Shown here in pieces: positions 27,501-40,400 of a stretch of 64,000 nucleotides of DNA. Within the stretch, counting starts at the first letter, position 1, and each line of letters starts with the position of its first letter. This DNA is from Isurus oxyrinchus (lineage: Eukaryota). The notes beneath the pieces are model-generated. The model made no database searches, was not told the DNA's origin, and saw only the letters and a list, made by a program, of their open reading frames with translations. Made by a program: the position numbers and the translations under genes. The DNA lies in the NCBI GenBank assembly GCA_026770705.1, contig JANJGN010000001.1:213218001-213282000 (forward strand), given 5' to 3'.

Positions 27501-30265
27501 TCTGGTCTTTTTAATCTCCTGATCTGCGTTCGTCCGGAGTTAATAAAGTGTTGTAAGGATATGTACATTGCGATCCGTGCTGCAGCGTGTGCGGCAGGAG
27601 CATCTGAAGTCATTATTCTGCAGCAACGATATGGTAATGAACGCAGCTCGCCACGATGGGTTGATTTATATAAAATAGATTATTTTAAAATGTATTATTG
27701 CCAAAGTTGTTTTTTTTATTTTTGCACTCTGTTTGTAAATACCAAATCAGCTGAGCAAAAGCAGTTTAATTACTCAAATCAGAATTGATCGCCAACTTGA
27801 GGGATGTGGAGTGAAATTCCTGGATAACAGCATCAACTGCATTCAATGAAAATACCAAGTTACAATATCATTACGTTTTTTCTGTCAGGCCTACTGTGTG
27901 GCTTTGTTTTGGGTCTTGATTTTTGTTTTGGTTTAGCATTCATACAGTGTTAGCTTTTGCCGAAAATGTAGTCGCGAACATAATTTGACAGGTAAACAAA
28001 CCAGACCCATAGACGGGGTGGCTATTCTAAGGCAGTTTTCAAAATGTCTCTTCCACCTTGTCGGGTCAGGAGGATTCAGAAACTGATGGCTACAGCATCA
28101 TTCAGGCAGGCCCACGCTGCTCATCACCTATATGGATTGAATATACTTAATTCCAGTAGGGTTATGCCGTCAACTTAGCACCCAGACATCTCAAATATGT
28201 CAACATGTTTATCTCACAGGGTATGTTAAAAGGTCTCAAATAATTGACTTATTTTCCGTATTTGTTGCAACCCCAGAAATAAGCGATCAAATTTCTTACC
28301 CTTCCCCCGCCAAACAAAAAGACCTCCCAATCCTCCTGCAAATCATGCGATAAATTAAAGCATAAATGTAGGGACAAAAATTTTTGCGAAATGCACGCAG
28401 CCACGTAAGACCTACACAACGTGCACCCCGCTTTGTGGCTTACAGTAGAAGGGTATAGTTTATTCAATACATACAGGGTAAAGCCAAGTTTAATTGGAAA
28501 AAGTAATTACAGCAATTACACCACGTGACCTTGGTATCCAACATCGGCTCCGATTTGTCTAAGCGGACCCTGACAGCAGCGGCATGAAAACATTGTATAT
28601 AATACATGGGTGTTAATACTGTCGCATAAATAAACAAAACATAAAGTTTATATTTGTATATTAAAATTAAGTCGAAATATCGTAGAGTCCTGAGGTACAT
28701 TTCCCTCCAAACTATGCTGATAACTAATTCATTGAAATATAGCCACGAATCACTGATTGTCCCAACGCAAAAAACTCCTCAAAATCTACATATTTACGGG
28801 TGCGATCACGTTACGTAGTCAAATAAAGATATGTAATCGAGTTAGACACTGTAATACATGTCCCTTCCATTGTCCTTTTGAGGTGCAAAGGTTAAATGAT
28901 GGGTCTCCCAAGACCTATAGATCGGAATGGTTACATTTTATCAGTTAATATAGGTGATTTTCCACATATATATATAGAAATAAAATTAGCTCTCTTGATG
29001 GACGCTCTCTCAATGTGATCAAATGTTGCTTTCACTTAATTGTTTTGTAGGGAAATATCTACAACAGAGCCTACGGTGTGAAGGAAGGTTTGAAGGGCAA
29101 TTCTTTGGCCGGCCTTTAAAGGTAGGAGTGTTAATTATATTATTTTAAATAATCCCTAACTGCAGACAAATACCATTTTTTTTGCGTTCGAACAGACACA
29201 ATAGGAATGAGCTCGGATTCGAGAGACAGACACCGCCGCGAGAGGGCAGAGATGCAATGCCGCCTATTTCCCAATCACATTGTCAATCACTGAATCTTGT
29301 CCAGTGCTAAATCGTTGGGATCCACCACAACAAAACGATCGTTTACTTATCGCACTGCACTGTCTTAGCTATTAGTTTAATTAGACGCAAAAGAGCTCAA
29401 AGGTTAGTCGCTGGGCACCTTCGCAAACGTAAAATGTTATTTAGACTTTTACACTTTGCTCTACCTATTCAGACAGAACAAAACCAGTGGCAGAATTCAG
29501 CACAAAGATAACTGCGTTGTAGATGAAGATACCATTGCGTTTGAGAACTAACCGGGCGCTGCAGACTTAACATAAACCGGTTGAATCGCTTAAGTCCAGT
29601 GCACAGCTGAGGCATGGGCAAGGGCAGACAACAATAGTCTGATTTTAGTCCTTCCAGATCTCTAGAGCGGGGCCACAGATAACGTTAATAACGGGAATAA
29701 AGGCTGCCGCGTTACAAAGGAGACAGAGAAAGAGAGAGAGAGAAACTGTTCCGATTCTGTCATGGGTTGAACAGGCCGGCAGCACCTACGATTTTGCATA
29801 GTGTAACTACAGATGTTTATCAAGCAGAGAGAGAGAGAAAAAATGAACACTAGATCCTTAAGTGGGTTTTTAAGTTACGTTAATTGAATGGTAATCAGAT
29901 GTTGATGCTGTTCCACGTTACTGTTGTGGGTGTGTCCTTTCATTGAGGGAATGTTGAATTGTCTTATTATAGAGCTACTGTGCGAAGATGGCACCAAGGA
30001 GCCCTCAAAGGAGCCCTGCAGTGGCTGTAATGGGAAAGCAGTGCCCGGGTCTTCCTTCAATCCTGGGAACGGCTGCAGCTGACCACAAAGAAAGACAGTT
30101 CCAATCAATAATCCCTAGTCGATGTAATAAGAGCTAGCAAATAATAACTGCAACGACTTTTGGTTCCTCTGCACCGTTTACTGTTACTTTCCCCATCACA
30201 CAGCAGTAACACGAGCAATCCTTGCTCCACAACCTCAACCTGCGTACATTATTCGGCGGACTTAC

Positions 30266-31373
30266 CTGCAAGCCTTAAGGCTGACATTCTCTGGAACTCA
30301 GGTTCTTGCAGCCATTTCCACATCCGCCTGAAGGTCTCCCGTCCCGATTTAAGTTTACTCCAAGGTTTGGGGTTCCTTAAAAGGTCAGAGAGGGTACCCT
30401 GTGAGCGGCACAGCACCCTCTGAGCGAAGATGGCCTGCGGTATGCTGTAGCGCTTGAGTTCCGCCGTGATTCTTTGTGCTACTTCTTTGGTATTAATTTC
30501 TTCCAGCTGAGCCGAGCTGTTCGCCTGCGAGCCCGAGGAGGAGGGAGGCCGATCCCGGCTGGAAGCCAGCACGGGCCCGTGAGATTGGTGGTGACTTGAG
30601 TGACCGTGGTGGTGGTGGTGATGCATGCCGTTGAGATGTGGCATCATGCCCGCCGATGGGGCTCCAAGCCCCCGGGACAGGTGCTGCTCGCCCCTGGCCA
30701 GCATGGCCGTGTGAGCTTCGAAGTTTGGGCTCAGCATCTTGTCGTGGCCGTTGGAGCCATAGCCCTGGAGACCCTGGTGACTGTTGTGGATGGAAGCCAG
30801 GCCGTTTCCCAGGGGGTTGCTGGACAGAGGGGAGAGGTTTTGAGTCATCCCGGACATGTCCTTGTGGTACGGGCTGTAGAGATTGTTCATGGCGGCGGGC
30901 AAGCCCCTCTCATCCCGCATCAGGGTGAAGCTCCCACTCACGTTGCCTGCGAGACGCTGGTGGTGGTGATGGTGATGGTGGTGGTGATGGTGGTGAGGGT
31001 GGTGGAACTTATCCGACACGGTGGAGATGGGAGGCAGGGGCTGGAGTGGGGTCAGGGTGGTGTAGGTGCTGCTCATGCCCATTCCAGGTGGAGACTCGCA
31101 GGCCATGCTCATGGCCGGGTGGAGAGGGACAGAGAGCTCCGGACGGTAATCCCCAGTCCCATCCAGGATCGAAGCCATGCTGGAGACCATTGCAGATCTG
31201 CTTGTCAGTTCCCGGTGAGCTGCTGAGACGGCCTGCCGCTGGTGACTGTTCATCAGATCGCCCGTGGATTGCTCATGGCTTATTCCACCATGCAGATTCC
31301 CAATGCTGTCCATTGTAATCTCCGGGTTCATGGTATATACTTCTTTGGCTATACATCTATACGCGTTGTTCAT
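30266..31373 (-). CDS. ONECUT2: ONECUT2 coding exon 1 (N-terminus, TP box, poly-His tracts, CUT domain)
   Basis: ORF 30249..31373 encodes MNNAYRC..MNPEITM, YTTLTPLQPLPPISTVSDKFHH, poly-His and the CUT domain EEINTKEVAQRITAELKRYSIPQAIFAQRVLCRSQGTLSDLLRNPKPWSKLKSGRETFRRMWKWLQEPEFQRMSALRLA. Donor GCAG|GTAAGT ends the exon at 30266 (1108 nt, phase 1). The N-terminal extension and ST8SIA3 synteny favour ONECUT2 over ONECUT1/3. Confidence 0.96.
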
Positions 31374-31382
31374 TCAGTCCAT
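31374..31382 (-). promoter_or_regulatory. Minimal uORF ATG-GAC-TGA directly before the ONECUT2 start codon
   Basis: Minus strand reads TTTA ATG GAC TGA ATG AAC AAC. Confidence 0.75.
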
Positions 31383-31499
31383 TAAAAATTGGAATTGTTT
31401 CTTTTGGCTTGGTTTTTTTTTTGCTACATATATGCATGTATAGATGTTATATGCACACATCCATATACACACGCACGCACACATGTATGAAAAGAAAGA

Positions 31500-32000
31500 T
31501 AAAAATGTTAAGGCCTCACGGGTTGCAAAGATCACCGATAACTCTCAGGCGGGCCAGTGCCGGTTCTCGCCATGTCCGAACCTGTCCTCCTCCTACGTCG
31601 ACTGTTTAGACAGCTGGAGCCAGCCCGAGACGCGTTTCGCCTGCTTCAACCTAAATTGCTAACCTAAGGGTGGGGAGGTGGGGGGGGATGGCTCTAACAG
31701 ACAGCAGTCTGGAGCCTATCGCAGTCTCTCGTTCTCCCTTCCACCCGCTTGGGCAGAAAGAACTGGAGGCGCGTTGTCCAGTCGCGGCGGCGAGGGGCGG
31801 GATGTCCGTTATCAGGTTAGATTGACGGGTTGTGTACAATCTGCCTCCCATCCGAAACCGCCCCCCACCGCCCCCCCCCCCCCCACCCCTTCCCTTCACA
31901 AACAGCGTTCAACACAGCGCCAGCGGCCTTGGCATTTTTTTTCCCAAAACAATATTAACTTCCGGGTTCCCAGTAAGTCGGTCTTTCTCCCACTTTGTCC
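31500..32000 (-). promoter_or_regulatory. CpG-rich ONECUT2 promoter/5'UTR region with GC boxes
   Basis: CpG-dense stretch continuing from exon 1. GGGGCGGG near 31794 and CCGCCC repeats near 31858-31872. Confidence 0.6.
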
Positions 32001-33879
32001 CAATAATTATTTTCTTACTCATCAGGACGTTTGATTCGGAGTCATTTTTGGGTGTCTAATAATTTATTTCTTTAAAAGTCTGCCTATTTTCGTAAATTTG
32101 ACAACACCTAATTAATTTGCCATGCTAATTTAACCCCTTGGAATGCAAGAGGGAAGCCGGAGGAGGATAAGTATTTATTACTTCACAGAGTCTATATATC
32201 ATTTTAATAATGTGTTTTTAAATTGAAAATCTACATTAATTACTTTTTAAAAATATTTTTCATATCGTTTCCGTCCCTGCGGATTAGTCAAAAGCTTACT
32301 TTATGAAAATATCCAAGATATATTTAATTAAAACCATGAAAATTGCAATTAATCCAATTTCATGCAAAGCTTTCATTTTTAGAGAAAAAACCCCCTAAAA
32401 AAACTTTAAAGATCGATTGTAATTTGTTGCACCTTACCTTCGGCTCTCCCAAAATATGTCGTTGCATTTGTTTTAAACTCTTCCTGGGCGAAATGCCCCA
32501 TTTCTATTGTGTTTTTAATAATGACTGCAAGCTGGTACCGAGGAATCCATTTAATGTAATCGCTTCTTTCCAGCCTTCGGCCTGGTAACTCCTGACAATA
32601 ATTTACCTCAACACGTTAACCAAATTTAACTGACGAGGCTCCTCAAGCAAAACTACAGAGGCCAGACTGAACACTTGGCTGTACTATAATTGCCATAAAC
32701 CTATCGCTTGGAAAATGTTATTGCTTTGTGTAATTCTGACACGAAGATAACATCTGCTGTCGTCAGATTTCGGCTGGATGTAAATGATACAAATTGTAAG
32801 TAGACCGTAGATAAATCGTAAATCACGCAGTAGCATCTTATTGATGTGCATAAAGAGACTGGACTTGAAAGTAAGTGGAAGAGATACAGGGCCTGCTATT
32901 TTTAAATTTGGGACGTTTTATTTCTGCTGATTAGAGTGAAACAAGACTTTAAAAACGTTATTTAAAATGAATAGATTTTTGAATCAAATATATTAGTAGG
33001 TTTATTTTCATACAAATTTGTTAAATTATTAGATCCCCCTTTACAACCAGCGAGCTGGGAGGGTGGGGGGCGGATGGCACTGTGGGCAAGAAAGATTAAG
33101 AAGATGAGCCAAGATGTAAAAGGTAGCCCCAGTATTTGACCTGCTCTCCTCTCCACACCGCCCCCCCCCCCCCACCCACCCCCCAAAATGTTGACTTTGC
33201 AGAGAATGTGGTGAGGTTGCGCAGATGTGCCCATTGTTCAGGGGGCAGCAATTAAGGACAGGGGCTGGGCAAGAGTTTGAGATGCGTGACCTCGATTCTT
33301 TTGATCATCCGTCAGGGAAGAGCAGCGGGGTCTGACGGATAAATATCCCTCCGCTGACTTTCAGCTGTTGGCAAACTTGTAAGAAACCGGAGAAGTTGTC
33401 AGGAGCTACCTGTTCTGTTCAGAGGATTGACTCGCAACAATCGAACATTTTCAGTGTCTGAAAAAAAAAAATTCAGGGCGGCTCGTTGTGTGTCAGTCAC
33501 AGTGTTAGTCACACTTCAAAAAGTCAAGTAGTGTAGAAGAGAAGACAGCTTGTGGCAGGCTAACTTTTTGTAATGAACACAAAAGAAGTATATTAGCTCG
33601 ACCAGCCTGGTGCGTCCGCATATGTTTGTTCAGGTTTACTTTGTAAGTAAGGGTAAAATTAGATAGATTACCTGGCATTAATCTGCATATTTCAGGAAAA
33701 ACAGTTTTTCCAAATATAATTGAGGTCTTGTGCTTGTCAATTTTGACGTTTACTTTTACAGCTCAAGTAATATGATTGCTAAGATTTAAATACCAGTTTT
33801 CTACAAGTTAGCGTTTGTCTCACTTTACCTGACTCTGTGGCGGGCTTTCCCACTCACCCCACATTCGCCTCGAGATTAT

Positions 33880-34400
33880 TTCTCTTCCCACCTTTCTTCA
33901 CAAACTGTTATTTTTGTTAGGACTTTTTCTTTCTCCGAAGCCCCCTCATCACTTTTTCTTCTCCCTTTCTCTATTCTGTATTTATTCTCTCCTCTCTTCA
34001 TACCCTGCTCCTTTCTCTATATTCTCCCTATCTCGCCATATTCTCTCCTCTCTCTCTCTTCCTATATATTTTCCCCTTACACTCTTCACAGTTCTCCCCT
34101 TCCGATCTACACTCTCTACATTCTCGCCTCTTATTCACAGGCCCCGCTTCTTGCTCTCTCTAGTTGTTTCTTGTTTCTGTCATTCTCCATTAAGGTCCCG
34201 TTCTTTATACCCCACCGTCGTTTCTCTACATTCTCACCTTCTTTATATTTTTCTCTCCACATTCTCTTTCTCGCTCTTTACATTCTCCGCGCCCCCCCCC
34301 CCCCCCCCCCCCCCGACTATTCTTTCTCATCTTTTCACATTTTCTATCTTGCTCTTTCGGCATATTCTCTCATTTGCTTTCTCCAGATGATCTACCTCAC
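33880..34400. repeat. Pyrimidine-rich (CT) low-complexity tract with a long C run
   Basis: Strong C/T bias on the plus strand, with a C homopolymer at ~34292-34314. Confidence 0.75.
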
Positions 34401-37400
34401 CAGTCTGTTCTCTCTGCAGGATCCTCTTTCGGTCTAGTATTTTACGAGAGGCAATCTGAAACAGCGTGACCATTTATAGGCCGAGAGAGAGAAAAATGCC
34501 TCCGTGCTGTTAAAATCGAGTAGTTTTCCAACGCGTTTAACATTAGCTCTCATCTCGCTGCATTTATTGTGGAAACCAAACTTTATATCGCTTAGTTTGT
34601 TAGCTTCCAAGTTAAATCCTACTTCGATATGAAGTGAAAAATTAGCATGCGGTCAATAAAATTCGATTTGTTTAAATAATCAATCTATACAATGAAGAGT
34701 TTCCTGCACGTTGGCATTAGGTTTACCGATTAAGTGCAAGCACTCCTGTATTGTTTCCAGTGTTTGTCTGAACTGTTTTAGTGGCCTCGAATACAATCTT
34801 TTTGCTTAATTGAAAGCTGCCAAACTGCGGTAAATATTGAAAAGAGCAAACAATAAACCTGGTCATTTGAAATAAAGGCAGGGTTCACGGCGTCTCAGCC
34901 AACATCTGAAAGGGTGAAAGCTAGATGGGTTAATATTTCAGGTGGGTCGCTCCACCCATGTGACTCAGTGGCAAGACATAGCAGGAGTGTTGGCTGAATA
35001 AATATACACTGGCAAACTGAGCGTCGGTTCTAAATTGCATCACATAGTTAAAGGGAAATCAGGAATAGACCAGTCTCAAATTCTCATCCGTTTTTGCTGC
35101 ATGGTTAAAATAAAACGAATAAATCATCTTGATAAAAATCGCTATTAGCCCAATTAATCTTCTCCACTTCAGTTGAGGCCTATATTTAATTGGAGGAGAT
35201 TCCCTACTGGAAATCCAGCTCGTTTGCAGCACATTTAAAAGCTGACTAAACAGTTTCTCTTTAAATAGGAAGAAAAGCTTTAACTACAATTTAAAAATGC
35301 GCATTTACAGATTTGTTTCATTTTGGACATGTTCACAACGATTGACAATTGTGTTAGCGCAGAATGTCCTACAGTTAAAAAAAAAGATGAGTGCTTGTGG
35401 GTCGATCTGAAATGTTTTATTTGGTTCCCTCACAAACCATCTGGCATGTGAGTGCAATGGGTATTGATTGAGCTCAGTTTGCCGCAGACCCCATGCCAGC
35501 GTTACTTGCAAATAGTCAGCCCGTGTATGCATCTGTGCGTTAGCAGCACCACGAAGAGCTTAAAAAAATAAGACTGCTCAAACTATACGAACGGGGCCTG
35601 TGGTAAGTGCACCGTGTTCCTTTGCAATCCTACGTTAAATTGTAACATCGTCCATCCGAACTAGCGACCTCCAGTAAAGTAAAACCTTGTGCTTTTATTA
35701 ATTGACCAATGTTACAATTGAACCTCTCGGTGTTGATCATTTACTATAAGCGCACCAGAGAATCCAGCCCCCAGTATATGCCAAGTGTATATTTCTGAAG
35801 TGAAAAGATTTGCGCAGGAAGCCGAGAGGAGGAGGGTGGGTGGATTGAGGGCGGGGTGGGGGCTGGGGGAGGACTGTGTAAAATGTGCAATAATGAATTT
35901 TAATATGTCTTACTGGTGTATGCAATAAAATAAACTACTCTTTTCCAATCTGTCTAAATTTAATCCAACTACGCGTGTATTCTTAAATAAAAACATATAC
36001 TCCTATTTGTACATGTGTCTACAATCTTATTTGTGTTCTCAAACCTGTCTGCATTGTTCAGTTGTGAAGTTGATATCAAATGTGTGTTTAATTCAGCAAA
36101 CATTGAAAGCGCGGGCCAACTTTTCGCAGTCAGGAATCCCAGCTCTTCGTTCTATCCTTCATTTTAATCAGTTAACGGGGTAACGACAACCGAGAGAGAA
36201 AAAAAGAATGTTTCGAACCAATTAAACTCTTGGAAATTCTCTTCTGCCATTTGCCAAGCGGAATTCTGTCTAACCCTTTTCTTATTAAAAAGATGCTCCG
36301 TTATTTTTAACTGAATCAGTTATAGTTAAGCATGTTTCTACTTAAACTGTTGAGACGCAGCTCCAAGATTGTTGAGGCAAATATAAAGTAAACATGGCCG
36401 TAACCTATTTTATTATTTGATACTAAGGTATTTACAAATGCCTTGGTAGATTTACGCTGACCAAAGAAAACCCAATCTACCCTCGGAATGTGTAAGGTTT
36501 TAAACCTTTTTGGGATTTTTTTTTTCAAATGCACTTTAAAGCTGGTTAAATAAATGGAGATGGTCCTGTCTGCTTCCCTGTTTATTTGTTGCAAAGGCTG
36601 ATAACTGGGACCTCAACGAGTGCAGGCCAGAACTTTTCATTGCCAGAACTGAAACCCAAGTAGCTTTCCTAACAATCCATTGTTAAGAAGCCAAGCAATG
36701 GAGACAACCTTTGGCGTGAGGTACCTTTGTTGAAAGGCAGCTACGCATGAAATCTTTTTTATTGTCCCTTACAAAAGGAAGCAGAAGTTGCAGTTGATTT
36801 TAAAAGACGTTCTGAATGCAAACCTGTTTTACATCTGGGAGCTGCAGTGTTCAGAGAGCAACCTTCCATGTGTGCTATTAAAGTTTAATTTCGGCCAGAG
36901 TTTGTGCTTCTGGAGATTCATACAGTTGAGAATTCAAAAGATTATTTTATACTAACCTTTATTCTTATAATGACCACAAGTAAAGAAGAGTCTATTTCGT
37001 CTGGTTCCTTTGATCTCTTTTTGAAATTATCTAAGCGTTGCAATTGTTTATTTGTATGTTATTATCATTGCAATGAGTAATCATTTAAAAAATAGTTAGT
37101 ATGAAGACATTCCAGCCAAAGTCACGAAGCTTATATAAAGTTTTACAAAAGAACGACAAACACGATACAAACTATTTTTCAGCTAATAACACACTCCAGG
37201 AAAGTTTTTAACCCAACATAACATTTTATGCAGTACACCAGAGATATAATGTTATAAAACGTGATTATCAAGGAATAGAAGCAAAAATGAAATTCTGGGT
37301 TAATGTGTTAAATTGACCCTCTTTAACAAATAGCCTGCGAAGTTACCATCCCTGTATTTTATATTTCGCAATTTATTCTCACTTTAATACGTGAAAGTTG

Positions 37401-40400
37401 TGCGCACGTCTTTTCAGGACGTATTCAAAACTCCCTCAACAGCTCTTGCACCATCTAAGCAATAGCTTTGGCATTAAAATTAAAGAATTTTCAAATTGTT
37501 TTGAAATTTCATTTTTAATCGTGGAAGCGTGTGGGGATTTACGCAAGCCATATGATAAAGAGATCTGTTTACAAAATATAGATTGACTAAAAATACTTTG
37601 CATAACTAAAATAATGTTAATTCTTTCAAGTACTTGAAAAAACCTGAGAGTTTTTTGTTTGCATTAAGACTGTGCAACATTGCTCAGGCACAATAAAACC
37701 TGATAAATATACATTATTATATTGTCAGCCTTGACTCAATGTATTGTCAGGAGTATTACAATATTATTAACAATGGCACTTTTAATAATATTCGTTCTCG
37801 TCAAGGAAGCCAATGCAGCCAGGCAGAGAATTAAACTATGACATTCTTTGTTAAATATGTTTGATTGTTATATTAACTAGATAAGGAAAAAAGAGCAAAT
37901 GGGACCTAGGTACAAAGAACTGACCAGTGGTCCCGTGTGGAAGGAACAGGCGGACACCCTCCGAGTGGTAACTCAACAGATGTGGGTAAGAAAGCAATGA
38001 TTCGGAGTACAAGTTAAACTTCGAGACTTTCTGAAGTGGTTACTCTTTGTAAGCCCTTACAGACATAACTCCCAATTTTCTGGGAACCGCTCACATGAAA
38101 AATGAATAAACACCACGCATTTTGAAGGCCCAATGGGAAGCTTGCGCTTGTCTCGCATTCTAAACTTGACGGATAGCGAATTGCTATTACAAATAGTTAC
38201 TGGTAGATGGGAGGAATGACCTAGAGGAGCTGAAACACACTGTCGTGTGTTAAACTTTCAGCTTGCTCCTACATGGTACTGCTATTATCTAATCATTAAC
38301 ACCGGAGTTAAAGACATTAAAAGATTGTTTAAAAAAAAACATTTACAGAAGCTTTCCCAATGACAAATAATTGCAAACTTTTTGTGCAAATTTCCTATTT
38401 CTTTCAATTACGACATTTACCGTATTTTCTTTAATAGAGAAAGACGCACTTGGTTGGGAAAGGGCAAGAAGAGAAAATTAAGAATTGAACTTTGAAAACT
38501 GTAGGATTTTGACCTTGTTCATTCATTTTTTATTTTAACAGTTGTGCCTTTTATGTAGAATGAAAACTCTTATTAATTTCGTTTCATTTTCTAACGCCTG
38601 AAGCAATGCCTGTTTTAATCATATGTTTTGATTTCATGTTATCGATTAGCGTGTAAGACAGATGCAATTTGCAAAATAAGGGGGAGTTGCAGCTCTTGCA
38701 CTGCCGAGCACCGACCGGCGTCTCACTTATTTCCATTCTTTTCACAGCACTTTTTAAAAACTTGGATTCATCCGGCTTAATGGTTTGGGGTAAATATTAT
38801 TTAAATACATTTTTAATCAACTAATGAAAATTGACTGAAACCTCTGGAGAAAAAATAACTTAATTTACAACGAATACGCGACGAACTTCTGTGGAGAGCA
38901 CCGGTTGAATTATTAGTGTTTTCCAATTTGTTTTAAACGCTCCCTTTAAATAAATACAGAATAAGACATTTAACTTCGACTAACCCCAATTGGACCAATT
39001 TCCTTTGCCAGGTACCAATAGGAAGGTTTTGAAAGGTAGCTCAGTTCCACTGCCACCCTGTACTTTGCGGCACTGTGCTTAATTATTCTCATTTATATCT
39101 TTGCATTTTGGCATACTTTAAAGCTTTCTCCGACTGGGTGCAGTAACTAGTGTTCTTTGCTCTTTCCCATTTTTGCCTGATCTATGTTGAGGTTCGGTTT
39201 AATCGCTAATTGTGAGATAAGTAATGTCCATATGTGAAATGCTAAGAAACAGACCCGCCTGCATCAATTTTCATTTGGGAGCATGTACTATCGTCTGGCA
39301 ATGTTCAGGCTGCTTATTTTACAGGAGCCGTGGTACACTGTCAAATACAAGGATTTCCTGTTGGGGGAAATATCTGTATACGATTAATATTTCAAATCAC
39401 AACACAGAACATAATCCAGTTCTGTGCAGAGGTCCAAAAGATTCGTTTTGAAAATAGTACACTCAAGTAACCACAATAACTTATTTCGGGATGAAAGGTT
39501 TATAGATTTAAGTTATTAAAAGGGCCTTCATATTGCCATGATTTTTATATTAACATATCAGTGCTGCGGATATATTTCAATATATAGTTATTTAAACCTG
39601 CACAATTTAGTTGAAGGGATGATGAATTTTTCAACCTGAATTTGGACAACGAAATTACGCTCTCCATATTTAGTGGAATATGTTGATGAATGGATCATTA
39701 AAAAGCAAATGAAAGTATATAAAACGAATCTTAGAGCACTGAATAGTTGTATTACAATAATTTGAAATACCAAATTATGCCGTACTAATTTGAGATATTC
39801 TAATTCAAATCTGATGTTATCGACTATTTTAATCCTAAATTATTTCCTAAAGATAACATGAAAAACAAGAGGCTTTTGTTTGATTTTACTTGTACCTTGC
39901 GAATACGTGAAAAACACACACCCAAGTTTATCTGAAGATTTCGGTATCTTTTATCACTCTGCGCAGATAATCTTTTGATTTACACTCTTCAGTCGGTAAA
40001 CCCTCTGAACAAATAAGTTTGTTCGATGTGAACTATACTATTTTACATATTACTGGCCTGGTTGCCGTTTTTAGTTGATGAATAGTTTATATTATTTAGT
40101 GCATAAGGTATACTATAGCACCTTTAAAAAAAATCGAGAAACAACGCATGGAAGCGCAAGAAGTGAGCGCAGTTCTACAGATGGCCCGTTCACCTGTTCG
40201 CCGACTGGTGTACAGACAAAGACACCCTGACCCTAGATTTGACTGACACCCATCATTTATTCATAAGCGAAAGTGTTGCACAAGTATATAGAAGTATTCT
40301 CCATTAACAGATTTTCTGTAAATCAAGAGGCGAATATTAATTTGTGATATAAAGGCAATGCATCCACAGAAAACGTAATTCTTCAACAACATGGAAGTTA

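Noticed and set aside
30249-30265. Read-through end GKSAE* of the exon 1 ORF as a CUT-only isoform
   Set aside because: It is intron sequence after a consensus donor, and nothing in the sequence supports intron retention.
30600-31318. Plus-strand ORFs of 90-208 aa
   Set aside because: Antisense shadows of the GC-rich ONECUT2 exon 1. The poly-Val/Met runs mirror the His codons.
33914-34437. Leu/Ser/Phe-rich ORFs resembling membrane proteins
   Set aside because: Artefact of the CT-rich low-complexity tract.
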